From Chloroflexota bacterium (lineage in GTDB: Bacteria > Chloroflexota > Chloroflexia > QHBQ01): a DNA stretch of 64,000 nt. The position numbers and the translations under genes were made by a program. The stretch covers positions 109,100 to 173,099 of the forward strand of contig JAYUUN010000128.1 of the NCBI GenBank assembly GCA_043754535.1, in the 5' to 3' direction. Positions 1-10,565 of the stretch are shown here, piece after piece; position 1 is the first letter of the stretch, and each line of letters starts with the position of its first letter. The notes under the pieces were generated by a model, which worked only from the letters and a program-made list of their open reading frames with translations, searched no databases and was not told the origin of the DNA.

Positions 1-416
1 CGTTCTTCTGCACCCAGGCGGCGGTCAAGCAGATGCTAGCGGCGGGCAAGGGTGGCAAGATCATCAACATCAGTTCGATCCACGAGGATGAGCCAATGCC
101 ACGCAATACCCCTTACTGCGCCTCAAAGGGCGGTCTCCAAATGCTAGCCCGCAATCTGGGCGTTGAACTTGCCCCCCAGGGTATCACAGTGGTCAACATC
201 GCCCCTGGCGCGATTGCCACCCCGATCAACAGCGACACTTTGCAAGACCCGGCCAAGATCGAGGAGCTAAAGGCTGCCATCCCCTTGCACCGCCTCGGCA
301 CGCCAGAGGATGTGGCTGCCCTTGCCGCGTGGCTAGCCTCCGACGAGGCAGCCTACGTCAATGCTACTACCTTCACCGTAGACGGCGGCTTCATGATGAA
401 CGCTAGCAGCCTCTGA
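1..416 (+). CDS. Short-chain dehydrogenase (glucose 1-dehydrogenase-like), 5'-truncated by the window edge
   Basis: IINISS, YxxxK (YCASK), PGAIATPIN, and a typical SDR C-terminus (TFTVDGG). Confidence 0.9.
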   Translation, partial: FFCTQAAVKQMLAAGKGGKIINISSIHEDEPMPRNTPYCASKGGLQMLARNLGVELAPQGITVVNIAPGAIATPINSDTLQDPAKIEELKAAIPLHRLGTPEDVAALAAWLASDEAAYVNATTFTVDGGFMMNASSL

Positions 417-418
417 GC

Positions 419-1048
419 CTACGGCCTAACCAGCAGGTCGCGGCGGCTGAAGCGTTCGATGGTGCGGAAAAGCTGATCGGCAAGGATCGCCAGCAGCGAG
501 AGCATCAAGGCTGCTGCCAGCACCCCATTGAGGTCATCTGTCTTGAGGCTAGTGTAGAGTAGCCGCCCCAGGCCGCCCGCTGCTACCCAGCCGCCAATTG
601 TTGCTAGGCCAACCAACAGCAGCACTGTGACGCGCACCCCAGCGAAGATTACTGGCAGCGCGAGCGGGAACTCCACCCGGTAGAGCCGCTGCCAGCCGTT
701 CATGCCCATGCCTTTGGCCGCCTCAACCACAGCAGGGTCAATGCCATTGAAGGCGAGGGTGATATTGCGAACCAGCGTCACCTGAGCGTAGGCGACCAGG
801 GCGATCAGCAGGGTGCCGCTACCTAGCCCGGTGAAGGGGATCAGGAAGCCAAGCAGAGCCAGGCTGGGGACGGTGTAGATGATGCCGAGGACGGCCAGCA
901 CCCCGGTCGCCAGCCAGCGCACGCGGCTGACCGCTACGCCGACTGGCAGGGCGAACAGCAGGGCAATAGCCAGGGCTTGCCCAACCAGGCTGAGATGTTC
1001 CAGGGTGTAGCCAAACACCACATCCCAGTTCTCGAAGATGTAGCTCAC
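419..1048 (-). CDS. Osmoprotectant (glycine betaine/choline) ABC permease
   Basis: Hydrophobic; EAAKGMGM EAA motif; TVPSLAL; overlaps the ATPase stop. Confidence 0.9.
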   Translation of the reverse strand: MSYIFENWDVVFGYTLEHLSLVGQALAIALLFALPVGVAVSRVRWLATGVLAVLGIIYTVPSLALLGFLIPFTGLGSGTLLIALVAYAQVTLVRNITLAFNGIDPAVVEAAKGMGMNGWQRLYRVEFPLALPVIFAGVRVTVLLLVGLATIGGWVAAGGLGRLLYTSLKTDDLNGVLAAALMLSLLAILADQLFRTIERFSRRDLLVRP

Positions 1049-2088
1049 TCCTCTGCCCCCACGTGGCCGCCCACGCTGAGATGGCGCACCTGGGCAAAGC
1101 TGATCTGGCCCACCGCTGCCCCGCGCTCATCCTGCACCACGATCCGCTCTGCCCCGCTGGTCAGGAACAAGCCCAGGGCGTAACGCAGGTTGCTGTGCAG
1201 TTGCAGGTTCGGCCCCGCTCCACTGGCCGAAACGGCTGGCAGAGGCTGGCTGAGCGGCTGCATGATCGTGCCGACATCAATCAGGCTGAGGCCACGCAGC
1301 ACATCATCCGCGCCCACCAGTTGGGCCACAAAGTCGTCGGCGGGCCAACTAAGCAGGTGCAGCGGGGTATCATACTGCACAACCTGCCCCTCACGCATCA
1401 CTACGATCTTGTCGGCCAGGCGCAACGCCTCCTCGACATCGTGGGTGACAAAGAGGATCGTCTTTCGCACCGTGCGCTGAATGCGGATCAGTTCGTCTTG
1501 TAGCCGCCTACGGGTGATGCTGTCAATCGCGGCGAATGGCTCGTCCATCAACATCACCGCTGGGTTTGCGGCCATCGCCCGCGCCAGCCCCACCCGCTGC
1601 TGCTGGCCGCCAGATAGTTGGCGGGGATAGCGTTTGGCGAACTCGGTGGCGGGCAGGCCAACCAGGCCCAGTAGTTCCTCCACTCTCGTGGCGATCCGCG
1701 CCTTATCCCAGCCAACCATCTCTGGCACCACCGCGATGTTGCGGGCTACGTCCATGTGTGGAAAGAGGCCAACGTTCTGGATCACATAGCCGATGCTACG
1801 GCGCAGCGCATTGACTGGCACATCGCCAATCGGCGTGCCGTTGATGTAGATCCACCCGCTGGTCAGTTCGATCAGCCGATTGACCATCTTCATCAGGGTC
1901 GTCTTGCCGCAACCGCTGGGGCCGAGCAATACTATCAGTTCACCAGGCTGCACAGCCAGGCTCACGTGGTCAACCGCGAAGCTGGCAGTGCCAGGATACT
2001 GCTTACTTACATCCTCAAAGACGATCACTGGCTGCGGCCTATCCTGTTCGCCAGCCGCCTGCTGGTTGCTGACTGCTTCGCTTATCAT
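1045..2088 (-). CDS. Osmoprotectant ABC ATP-binding protein (OpuCA/OsmV-like)
   Basis: [22 protein letters not shown]; degenerate CBS-like C-terminus. Confidence 0.93.
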   Translation of the reverse strand: MISEAVSNQQAAGEQDRPQPVIVFEDVSKQYPGTASFAVDHVSLAVQPGELIVLLGPSGCGKTTLMKMVNRLIELTSGWIYINGTPIGDVPVNALRRSIGYVIQNVGLFPHMDVARNIAVVPEMVGWDKARIATRVEELLGLVGLPATEFAKRYPRQLSGGQQQRVGLARAMAANPAVMLMDEPFAAIDSITRRRLQDELIRIQRTVRKTILFVTHDVEEALRLADKIVVMREGQVVQYDTPLHLLSWPADDFVAQLVGADDVLRGLSLIDVGTIMQPLSQPLPAVSASGAGPNLQLHSNLRYALGLFLTSGAERIVVQDERGAAVGQISFAQVRHLSVGGHVGAEE

Positions 2089-2180
2089 CGCTCTCTCGCT
2101 TCCCCTGACCTGCGAGGGACGAGGGTTAGCCCGCCCCTCACTTTGCCAGCACTAAAGCCAGCCGCCGCTCGGCTGTGGCC

Positions 2181-3098
2181 TTACTTGAGCAGACCCTGCT
2201 CCTGAAGGAACTTCTTGGCAACATCAGCGGGCTTGGCCTTAGTGGGGCCGTCCACCTGCCAGTTCATCGTGGCGATAGCGTCATTGGTGATCTTGGGGGC
2301 CAGTCCGTCCAGCACGTCCTTGATCTTGGGGTAGGTGTTGAGGATGTCGTCACGCACGACCGGGGCGACGTTGTAAGGCGGCCAGAGCTTCTTGTCGTCT
2401 TGCAACACCAACAGCCCTTGACCAGAGATTGCCCCGTCGGTGCTGTAGGCGATCACGGCGTTGCCCTTGCCATCGGCTAGCGACTTGTACTTGATCGAGT
2501 TCTCCAGGTCAACCTTCCCCTTGAGGTTCAGCTTGCCGTAAGCCTTCTCAATGCCAGGGATACCATCGGGGCGAGTGTCGAACTCGGCAGTGGAGAGCAG
2601 GGTGATCTGGTCGGACTTGGCGACGAAATCGCTCATCGTCTTGATCCCCAGGGCATCTGCGTCCGCCTTCTTCATCGCAATGGCCTGAGTGTCGTTCATC
2701 GGCGAGTAGGCAAGCCAGGTCAGCTTGAATTGGCTGGCATAATCAGCCTTCACCGTGTCGTAGGTCTTCTGTGCGTCGGGGATCACATCCTTCTTGAGGA
2801 TGACGGTCAACCCAGTGCCGGTGTACTCTGGGTAGAGGTCAATGTCGCCCTTGATCAGGGCAGCATGGACGGGGGCGGTATCGTTCAGGTTGATCTTGGT
2901 CTTATCTACCGGGATCCCGTTTGCTTCGAGCAACTGGGCATACATCTCGCCGATCAGCACGGCCTCGGTAAAGTTCTTGGAGGCGACCACTACCTTCTTC
3001 CCATTGGTGGTCGCAGCGGTGCTGCTGTTGTTGTCACAACCCACCAGCGGTAGAGTAATTGCGGCAAGCAAAGCCACAATCAGCATCTTAGCCTTCAT
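2181..3098 (-). CDS. Glycine betaine/choline ABC substrate-binding lipoprotein
   Basis: Start reassigned to MKAKML (ATG at 3098); lipobox LVGC; SKNFTE, YPEYTGT, PPY motifs. Confidence 0.92.
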   Translation of the reverse strand: MKAKMLIVALLAAITLPLVGCDNNSSTAATTNGKKVVVASKNFTEAVLIGEMYAQLLEANGIPVDKTKINLNDTAPVHAALIKGDIDLYPEYTGTGLTVILKKDVIPDAQKTYDTVKADYASQFKLTWLAYSPMNDTQAIAMKKADADALGIKTMSDFVAKSDQITLLSTAEFDTRPDGIPGIEKAYGKLNLKGKVDLENSIKYKSLADGKGNAVIAYSTDGAISGQGLLVLQDDKKLWPPYNVAPVVRDDILNTYPKIKDVLDGLAPKITNDAIATMNWQVDGPTKAKPADVAKKFLQEQGLLK

Positions 3099-3153
3099 CG
3101 TGTGTCCTCTTTCTGTTCCTTCCAGGAACAACCGCCCCCGCCTGGGGAACGGA

Positions 3154-3789
3154 CTAGTTGTACTTAAAGAGCCGCTGCAAGCTCGCCAGCAGTGCTTCGC
3201 TGACCAGGGCAAGCAGGGCAATCGGTATGGCACCGACCAGCAGTATCTCCGGTCGGTTGCGGGCCAGCCCGGCGAAAAGGAAGAAGCCCAGTCCCCCTGC
3301 GCCGATCAGGTAGGCCAGCGTAGCACTGGCGATCACTTCGACAGCCGCGCTACGCACGCCGCCGATAATCAGCGGGAGGGCCAGGGGCAACTGCACCTGT
3401 CGGAGCAGCCGCAAGGGAGACATCCCCATGCCCCGCCCTGCCTCGCTGATCGCCGGGTCGATCCCGCGCAGGCCTACATCCGTGCCAATCAGCAGGTGGG
3501 GGCAGGCCAGCAGGGTGAGGGCGACCAGGGCCGGTAGGAAGCCAATACCCAGCAGGGGGTAGAGTAGGAAAAGGACAGCCAGGCTGGGCAAGGCCCGCGC
3601 TGCCCCGAAGCTGTTGAGTACCAGCATCGTCCCACGCCCCCGACGGCTGGTCCAGACCCCCAGCGGCACGCAGATAGCCACCGCCAGCGCGAGGGCTGCC
3701 AGACAGAGGATGATGTGTATCTTGAGCGCATCCCAGAACTCGGTCTGGTACTGGCCCGCAAATTGCCACGCCTGCTCAAGTATATCCAT
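3154..3789 (-). CDS. Osmoprotectant ABC permease
   Basis: ALPSLAVL, EAGRGMGM, IGAGGLG. Confidence 0.9.
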   Translation of the reverse strand: MDILEQAWQFAGQYQTEFWDALKIHIILCLAALALAVAICVPLGVWTSRRGRGTMLVLNSFGAARALPSLAVLFLLYPLLGIGFLPALVALTLLACPHLLIGTDVGLRGIDPAISEAGRGMGMSPLRLLRQVQLPLALPLIIGGVRSAAVEVIASATLAYLIGAGGLGFFLFAGLARNRPEILLVGAIPIALLALVSEALLASLQRLFKYN

Positions 3790-3927
3790 CTACTACCCTT
3801 CGTCTGTGCTGGCCCGGAGTTACTGCCGCGGCAATATGCCACTATATCACAAGTGCCAATTGCCCGGCAAATCACGGCTGGATCAGGCAAGAGCCAGCAA
3901 GAATTGATCCCCCAAAAAGGAGAGTAC

Positions 3928-4800
3928 ATGAGCATCAATTTCTTCATCCTGCCCGACGATGGGCTAAGTCCCCTACTCAGTCCACTGGCTGCCGCTCGCC
4001 AGACGCTGGACGTGTACATCTTTCGGCTAGAGCAGGGGGCAGTAGAGCAGGCGATCAGCGCAGCGGCCCACCGTGGGGTGCTGGTGAGGGCGATCCTCGA
4101 CCGCGCCACCGCCGGCAACCAGCCCGTCTACGAGCGGCTGATCCAGGCAGGGGTAGCAGCCCGCTGGTCGCCGCCCTACTTCGTCAAGACGCACGCCAAG
4201 TGCTTCGTGGCCGACGGTGAACATACGGTAATCACCACCGCCAACTTCGTCGCTGCCTGGCCGGGAGTGCGCGACTACGGCGTAGCAACTGACGACTTGG
4301 CGGTAGCCAGTGCAGTCACTAGCACATTTGAGGCAGATTGGCGCGAGCAGGAGGGCCAGCCCACGGCCAGCGAAGTTGCCAACCTGATAGTCAGTCCGAT
4401 CAACAGCCGGGCGCAAACCTTCAACTTCATCAACCAGGCCCAGCACAGCCTCTATGTGCAGCATGAGCAATTCGACGACCCCGCCGTGGCCGACCTGTTG
4501 GCAGCGCGGGCCAATGCGGGAGTGCAGGTGCGCCTGCTGCTTGGCGAGCGAGCGAGCGGCACTCTGCTGGCCCGCTTGCACTCCCTGGCTCCTACCCTCC
4601 TCAGCCGCACCCTCAGCCAGCCTCGCCCCCACTGCAAGCTGCTGATCCGCGACGCAGCCGCGATCCAGATTGGCAGCCTCAACCTGACGACGGAGAGCCT
4701 CGACCGCCGCCGCGAGATCAGCCTGCTGCTGGACGACCCAGCGGCAGTGCAACGGGCCACCGCCACCTTCCAGGCTGATTGGGTAAGCGCGAGCAGCTAA
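3928..4800 (+). CDS. Phospholipase D superfamily protein with two HKD motifs
   Basis: HAKCFVAD and HCKLLIRD...GSLN; AAGGAG RBS before ATG at 3928. Confidence 0.88.
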   Translation: MSINFFILPDDGLSPLLSPLAAARQTLDVYIFRLEQGAVEQAISAAAHRGVLVRAILDRATAGNQPVYERLIQAGVAARWSPPYFVKTHAKCFVADGEHTVITTANFVAAWPGVRDYGVATDDLAVASAVTSTFEADWREQEGQPTASEVANLIVSPINSRAQTFNFINQAQHSLYVQHEQFDDPAVADLLAARANAGVQVRLLLGERASGTLLARLHSLAPTLLSRTLSQPRPHCKLLIRDAAAIQIGSLNLTTESLDRRREISLLLDDPAAVQRATATFQADWVSASS

Positions 4801-4805
4801 CCTAC

Positions 4806-4834
4806 TTGCGTCGCCACCTCCTGTCTGGTATAAT
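4806..4834 (+). promoter_or_regulatory. Sigma70-type promoter TTGCGT-N17-TATAAT with extended -10 (TGn)
   Basis: Read directly upstream of the CDS at 4881. Confidence 0.65.
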
Positions 4835-4880
4835 AGAATGTGAATAATGTAACAATGTTTCATCAAGCAGGAGAACAGCA

Positions 4881-5864
4881 ATGGCAAGCGTATTGGAACA
4901 ACTTGAGCAGCAGAGTGGAGCAGTCGCCCAGAGCGAGACGGCAACCAGTGCGGACTACACCCGCTGGCGGGCGCAGCAGCCAACCATTGGCACCGAGCCG
5001 GGAACGTACCTGGTCGGCGGCTTTGATAGCTTCGGCAAGCCGGGCGCACAGTGGGTGCAGGCTGGCTTCACCTATGGTGATGGTGAGTACTTCGCCTACG
5101 CCGACGACAACGCGGCGGTGGAAGGCACTGCTGACCGCCTGGTAATGGATGTTAGCCAATACTCGCACACCCAGGCTATCGTGCAGATGCTAGACAACGC
5201 CAAGCAGATGCTCTTTAGCGCGCAGCCGGTAGCAGTACCGGATGGTGGCACGATCAGCTTTGAGTTTACGATGGCGGCCACCGGCCACGACACCATGCCA
5301 GGTGATTTGCGCGATGGCTTTGCTTCGTTCAACGCCCTCGACTTTGGCACAGGCCTCGCCCTCGACTTCTTCACCAGCGACGACCGCCTGGCCGCGATCT
5401 ACGCCCGCCTGCCCTTCCCCCAGATGGAGGGCATCCCCATGGACATGGAGAAGCGCACCCCAAAGCTGAAGGCCACTATCTTGCGCTCCCTCTTTATCTA
5501 CTTTGAGCATCGACGGATCGACCAGAAGCATACCCGCCTCTACCGCCTCGTCCGCAACCTGGGCTGGCGGCTGAAGCAGGACAAGTTCTTCGCCATCTTC
5601 AAGGAGACTAACCGCCTCAGCACCCAGCCGGGCCAGCAGCACAGCTACAAGCTGTTCTACGACCAGGGCAATAACCGCATTGAGTGGTGGGTAGATGGCA
5701 CCCTGATCTATGCGGTGGATGAGGTCAAGTTCAAGGCCAAGAGTTTCACCCTTGCCTATGGCCTGATGACCGAGAAGGATTTGGGCGCAGAGGGCAGCGT
5801 CTCCTGTGCGGGGCAAGGGATGCACGGTGAGTACAGCGCGATCACGGTAACTACCACCCGCTAG
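4881..5864 (+). CDS. DUF6081-like beta-sandwich hypothetical protein
   Basis: GGAG RBS; DLRDGFASFNALDFGTGLALDFFTS..IYARLP resembles DUF6081 from memory. Confidence 0.6.
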   Translation: MASVLEQLEQQSGAVAQSETATSADYTRWRAQQPTIGTEPGTYLVGGFDSFGKPGAQWVQAGFTYGDGEYFAYADDNAAVEGTADRLVMDVSQYSHTQAIVQMLDNAKQMLFSAQPVAVPDGGTISFEFTMAATGHDTMPGDLRDGFASFNALDFGTGLALDFFTSDDRLAAIYARLPFPQMEGIPMDMEKRTPKLKATILRSLFIYFEHRRIDQKHTRLYRLVRNLGWRLKQDKFFAIFKETNRLSTQPGQQHSYKLFYDQGNNRIEWWVDGTLIYAVDEVKFKAKSFTLAYGLMTEKDLGAEGSVSCAGQGMHGEYSAITVTTTR

Positions 5865-5894
5865 CCTGCTCCACATTGGAGTTAGCCAGCAGGT

Positions 5895-5926
5895 AGCCCC
5901 TTTCCACTGCCGGGAGGGGGCTTTTT
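5895..5926 (+). terminator. Intrinsic terminator
   Basis: AGCCCCTTTCC...GGGAGGGGGCT hairpin followed by a T run. Confidence 0.7.
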
Positions 5927-5940
5927 GGGGGCCGCTTTCG

Positions 5941-5949
5941 TGGTATAAT
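5941..5949 (+). promoter_or_regulatory. Extended -10 (TGGTATAAT) for galK
   Basis: Exact TGnTATAAT about 30 nt before the ATG. Confidence 0.6.
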
Positions 5950-5978
5950 CAGCGCATCCCTAATTTGGAGCGCACATT

Positions 5979-7202
5979 ATGAGCATGAACAATGCTGATT
6001 ACTGGCAGGAGTTGACCGCCACCTTTACAGCCCAGTTTGGCGGGCAAGCACGAGTGCGGGTGCAGGCTCCGGGCCGGGTGAACCTGATCGGCGAACACAC
6101 CGACTACAACGGCGGCTTCGTGCTACCCAGCGCAATTGACCGCTACATCCGCTTGCTGGCCCGACCTACCCCCGCCAATGTACTCCTCTATGCCCAGGAC
6201 AAGAGACAGAGCGACAGCTTTCGCGGCTTGCCAGAGCAGATCGCAAATTGGGCCGACTACCCACGCGGTGTGCTGGCCCAGTTGCGTGAGGCAGGCTACC
6301 AGTTCGGTGGGGTCGAGATTGCCTTTGGTGGCGACTTGCCAGCGGGGGCGGGCCTCAGTTCCTCGGCGGCGGTCGAGGTGGCAGTGGCCGCCGCTGTGCG
6401 CGCGATTTACGACCTGCCGATTAGCGATGAGCAGCTAGCTCTCCTCTGTCAGCGGGCGGAGAACCAGTTCGTGGGGGTAGCCAGCGGGATCATGGATCAG
6501 TTCGCCGTCACCCTCAGCCGGGCTGACCATGCGCTGCTGCTAGATTGCCGCAGCCTAAAGTACCAGCACGTTCCCCTGTTGCTAGGCGACAACTACCGGC
6601 TGGTGATTGTGGAGAGCGGCCAGAAGCGCAGCCTGCTGACCGCCCCCTACAACCAGCGGCGAGCCGAGTGCGAAGCAGCAGTAGCAGCCCTGCAATTGCG
6701 ACTACCCGACCGCCAGATCACCAGCCTGCGCGATGTCACCGCCGCCGACCTGTCACTGATTGACGATGCAACCGCCCTTAAGCGCGCCCGCCACATCGTC
6801 AGCGAGAACGCGCGAGTCCAGCAAGCAGCGGCCTTGCTGGTCGCAGGCGACCTGCGTGGCTTCGGCAGGCTGATGAACGAGGCGCATCAGAGTATGAGCC
6901 ACGACTTTGAGGCCAGCACCCCTGAGATTGACGCACTGGTGGCGGCAGTGCAGAACGTCCCTGGAGTGCTGGGAGCGCGCATCACTGGGGCGGGCTGGGG
7001 TGGCTGCACCGTCAACCTGGTAGCCAACAGTGCGCTGGCCGCCTTCGAGCAGGCGGTGGATCGTTTCCGCGAGCAGAGCAAGCTGCCCAGCAGCACCTTC
7101 GTCTGCCGCGCAGTAGATGGGGTGGTGGTCAGCTTACCGCCGCCTGCGCCTTTGGGCAGACAGCAGCTTGCCGCCGCCTTGCCAGTGGTGCCGCCAGCTT
7201 GA
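5979..7202 (+). CDS. galK: Galactokinase
   Basis: APGRVNLIGEHTDYNGG, GAGLSSSAA, GIMDQF, GARITGAGWGG. Confidence 0.97.
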   Translation: MSMNNADYWQELTATFTAQFGGQARVRVQAPGRVNLIGEHTDYNGGFVLPSAIDRYIRLLARPTPANVLLYAQDKRQSDSFRGLPEQIANWADYPRGVLAQLREAGYQFGGVEIAFGGDLPAGAGLSSSAAVEVAVAAAVRAIYDLPISDEQLALLCQRAENQFVGVASGIMDQFAVTLSRADHALLLDCRSLKYQHVPLLLGDNYRLVIVESGQKRSLLTAPYNQRRAECEAAVAALQLRLPDRQITSLRDVTAADLSLIDDATALKRARHIVSENARVQQAAALLVAGDLRGFGRLMNEAHQSMSHDFEASTPEIDALVAAVQNVPGVLGARITGAGWGGCTVNLVANSALAAFEQAVDRFREQSKLPSSTFVCRAVDGVVVSLPPPAPLGRQQLAAALPVVPPA

Positions 7203-7283
7203 CATTACCCCTGCCCTTTCTTATACTTCCTCTGTTAAACCCTATCTGGTACTCTAGCCTATATTAGCTTTGAAGGAACAACT

Positions 7284-9098
7284 TTGGCAGATCAGAAGCA
7301 CATCCGCAATTTCAGCATCATTGCCCACATTGACCACGGTAAGTCTACCCTGGCTGACCGCTTGCTGGAATACACTGGCACTGTTAGCCACCGCGAGATG
7401 ACCAACCAATTGCTGGATAGCATGGATTTGGAGCGCGAGAAGGGGATCACGATCAAGGCTCGCGCCGTTCGTATGGCTTACACTGCGGATGACGGGGTGG
7501 ATTATGAACTGAACCTGATCGACACCCCCGGCCATGTGGACTTTACCTATGAGGTGAGCCGCAGCCTCAACGCCTGCGAGGGTGCGCTGCTGATCGTGGA
7601 TGCCACCCAGGGGATCGAAGCGCAAACGCTGGCGAACGTGTACCTTGCGCTGGAGGCGAACCTGACGATCATCCCGGTGATCAACAAGATCGACCTGCCC
7701 TCGGCCATGCCAGCGGTAGTGGCAGAGGAGATCGAGCGGGTGATCGGCCTGCCCGCTGAGGACATCATCTACGCCTCAGCAAAGGAAGGGGTGGGGATCA
7801 AGGAGATTCTGGAGTCGGTAGTCAAGAACGTACCGATGCCCACTGGCGACCCTGCTGCCCCTCCCCGCGCCTTGATCTTCGACTCGCACTACGACTCGTT
7901 CAAGGGGGTGATCGCCTACGTCCGCATGGTGGACGGCACAATGAAGGCAGGCGAGAACCTGGAGTTGATGAGCAACAACAAGACAAGCGAGATTCTAGAG
8001 ATTGGCTACTTCAACCCGGCGCAGAAGGCCGCTGCCCAGCTTGGCCCTGGCGAAGTGGGCTATATCGCTACGGGCATGAAGATGGTCAAGGACTGTCAGG
8101 TGGGCGACACGATCACCAGTGCGGCCCGGCCCGCTAGCGAGGCTCTACCCGGCTACCGCCCAGCCAAACCGATGGTCTTCGCCGGCCTGTTCCCGGTTGC
8201 CAGCGACGAGTATCCCTTGCTGCGCGAGTCGCTGGATCGCCTCAAACTGAACGACGCATCGCTGGTCTACGAGCCAGAGAGCAGCGGCGCACTCGGCTTC
8301 GGCTTCCGCTGCGGCTTCCTTGGCCTGCTGCACATGGAGATCGTCCAGGAGCGGCTTGAACGCGAATACAACATGAACCTGATCACCACTGCCCCCAGCG
8401 TAGAGTACCACATCTACAAGACCGACGGCACCATGGTGGATATGTCTAACCCCTCGCAGATGCCCGACCTCAGCCGTATTGACCACATCGAGGAGCCAGT
8501 GGTCGAGATCAGCGTGGTGGTGCCAACTCGCTACATCGGGGTGATCATGGAACTGGTTACTGGGCGGCGTGGCACCTTCAAGAAGATGGATCATCTGGAC
8601 GAGCAACGTGTGATCCTGATCTACACCATGCCTCTCAGCGAAATCATCATTGACTTCTACGATCAGCTAAAGTCGCGCACCCAGGGCTACGCCTCGCTGG
8701 ACTACCAGTTGATCGGCTACCAGGAGTCCGACCTGGTGAGGCTGGACATCCTGGTGAGCGGCCTGCCAGTTGACGCACTATCGCTGATCACCCACCGCGA
8801 CAAAGCCTATAACCAGGCCCGCGACCTGGTGAAGCGGCTACGGAAGCTGATCCCCCGCCAGCAGTTCGAGGTGCCAATTCAGGGGGCGATTGGCAGCAAG
8901 GTGATCTCCCGCGAAACGATCACTGCTATGCGAAAGAACGTGCTGGCGAAGTGCTACGGCGGTGACATCAGCCGCAAGCGCAAGCTGCTTGAGAAGCAGA
9001 AGGAGGGTAAGGCGCGCATGAAGATGGTTGGCGCGGTCGAAATCCCCCAGGAAGCCTTCCTTGCCGTCCTCAGCCTGGGCGAAGACAACGACGATTGA
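7284..9098 (+). CDS. lepA: Translation elongation factor 4
   Basis: [49 protein letters not shown] start. Confidence 0.99.
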   Translation: MADQKHIRNFSIIAHIDHGKSTLADRLLEYTGTVSHREMTNQLLDSMDLEREKGITIKARAVRMAYTADDGVDYELNLIDTPGHVDFTYEVSRSLNACEGALLIVDATQGIEAQTLANVYLALEANLTIIPVINKIDLPSAMPAVVAEEIERVIGLPAEDIIYASAKEGVGIKEILESVVKNVPMPTGDPAAPPRALIFDSHYDSFKGVIAYVRMVDGTMKAGENLELMSNNKTSEILEIGYFNPAQKAAAQLGPGEVGYIATGMKMVKDCQVGDTITSAARPASEALPGYRPAKPMVFAGLFPVASDEYPLLRESLDRLKLNDASLVYEPESSGALGFGFRCGFLGLLHMEIVQERLEREYNMNLITTAPSVEYHIYKTDGTMVDMSNPSQMPDLSRIDHIEEPVVEISVVVPTRYIGVIMELVTGRRGTFKKMDHLDEQRVILIYTMPLSEIIIDFYDQLKSRTQGYASLDYQLIGYQESDLVRLDILVSGLPVDALSLITHRDKAYNQARDLVKRLRKLIPRQQFEVPIQGAIGSKVISRETITAMRKNVLAKCYGGDISRKRKLLEKQKEGKARMKMVGAVEIPQEAFLAVLSLGEDNDD

Positions 9099-9248
9099 GC
9101 GATTGGTGGGAACGTTTTCGCGCCCTGGTGCGTTATTCTCTTACGGGCAAGGCTGACCACAGCCCCTCGCAGGCTTGAGCCTGGCAGCTTGCGGATGTAT
9201 ACAGTCGGGGTGGGTGGTAGCCCGCCTTCTATAAGGAGAAGCGTAGTT

Positions 9249-10538
9249 TTGGCAAAGTCGAACAGCAAACCGGTGCAGCGCAAGGCTGTGCAGCAGAGCG
9301 GCAACAACGGCCTGCTCTTTGGCGGCATCGTCGCTATCGTGGTCGTCGCCTTGCTAGCCGTCATCCTGCTGACCAATAATGGTGGCAGCAAGCCAACCCC
9401 GGCCAACCCTGCCATTAGCAGTAACCCCCCCAGCCCGACGGCGATCAGCCAGGTACAGCAGCCGCCCACTCCGACGCAGCCCCAGGGCAACAACGGCGTG
9501 CCGACGCTTGACCCCAACAAGCCGCCGAATGGTGGCGTGAACCTGGGGGCGGAGGAGGATTGCTCGGTCAACCCAGAGTATGGGCAGACCCCAGTCAGCC
9601 GCGCCCCCGGCGGCAAGATCGCTGCAACGGTCAGCGGCGAGCCGATCCCCATGGATCTCTACCTCGCCTATACCCAGAGTCAGGACGATGCTTACATCAG
9701 CCAGTTCAACATCAACCTCGGCTGCGGCGTTGGGCGGCGCATGGTCGAAGTGCTGCACGAAGACGCACTGGAAGACCTGATCACCAACGAGATTGGCATC
9801 CAGCAAGGAGTCAAGGAGGGGATCAAGCCTGATGCAAGCAAGATCGATCAGCAGCTAGCCCAGCAGAAGGCTGCTGTCGAGCAGAAGATGGGCGCGGGCG
9901 GCTGGCCGAAGTTCCTCGCTCAGCAGGGCTTCACTGAAGCCGACTTCCGCAAGAACCTGGAGAAGGCCAACCTGCTTGGCAAGGTGGGTGCAGTTCACGG
10001 TATCGCCCCCCAGAACGAAACCCTGCTGGACACCGCCCACATCCTCTTTAGCGACCAGGCGACCGCCAACAAGGTCTACCAGCAGTTGCAGAGCGGCTCC
10101 GACTTTGGCGCAATGGCCCGCCAATACTCCATAGACAAGCTGACGAAGGAGAACGGCGGCAAGATCGGCACCGTCAACCCTGACGGCATAGACAAGCTGA
10201 CCGGCGATCTGATCCGCAACCTCAAGGATGGTGAGGTGAGCCAGCCGTTCCAGAGCAGGCAGGGCTGGGAGGTCGTCAAGGTGCTAGGCCGCAAGCTCAA
10301 CCCGATTGACCCTGCCAGCGTGCAGGAGCAGGCCAAATCGAACTTCCGCCAGTGGGTGGACAGCGTGCGCCCCAACTACAAGATCGAATACTTCGTCACC
10401 TTCCAGCCAACTGTCACCCCCAATGCCAAGTACCTGTTCTCCACCCCGACCAGCGATCCACAGGCGGGTACCCCACGGGGGCTGACCGGTATGGGCGGTT
10501 TGCCGCAGGGTCTGCCCTCGGCGGAGGCCACACCCTAA
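9249..10538 (+). CDS. Membrane-anchored PrsA/SurA-like parvulin foldase
   Basis: AAGGAG then TTG; N-terminal TM, Pro/Thr linker, SurA-N-like helices, AHILF...FGAMARQYSID...NGGKIG...GEVSQPFQS. Confidence 0.85.
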   Translation: MAKSNSKPVQRKAVQQSGNNGLLFGGIVAIVVVALLAVILLTNNGGSKPTPANPAISSNPPSPTAISQVQQPPTPTQPQGNNGVPTLDPNKPPNGGVNLGAEEDCSVNPEYGQTPVSRAPGGKIAATVSGEPIPMDLYLAYTQSQDDAYISQFNINLGCGVGRRMVEVLHEDALEDLITNEIGIQQGVKEGIKPDASKIDQQLAQQKAAVEQKMGAGGWPKFLAQQGFTEADFRKNLEKANLLGKVGAVHGIAPQNETLLDTAHILFSDQATANKVYQQLQSGSDFGAMARQYSIDKLTKENGGKIGTVNPDGIDKLTGDLIRNLKDGEVSQPFQSRQGWEVVKVLGRKLNPIDPASVQEQAKSNFRQWVDSVRPNYKIEYFVTFQPTVTPNAKYLFSTPTSDPQAGTPRGLTGMGGLPQGLPSAEATP

Positions 10539-10565
10539 GCAACGGGACTGCGCCAAAAGGAGGCA

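Noticed and set aside
3715..3927. Upstream extensions in the ORF track (also 3233, 9189, 20725, 39346, 54072, 60932)
   Set aside because: They overlap neighbours or promoters; downstream starts have proper RBSs
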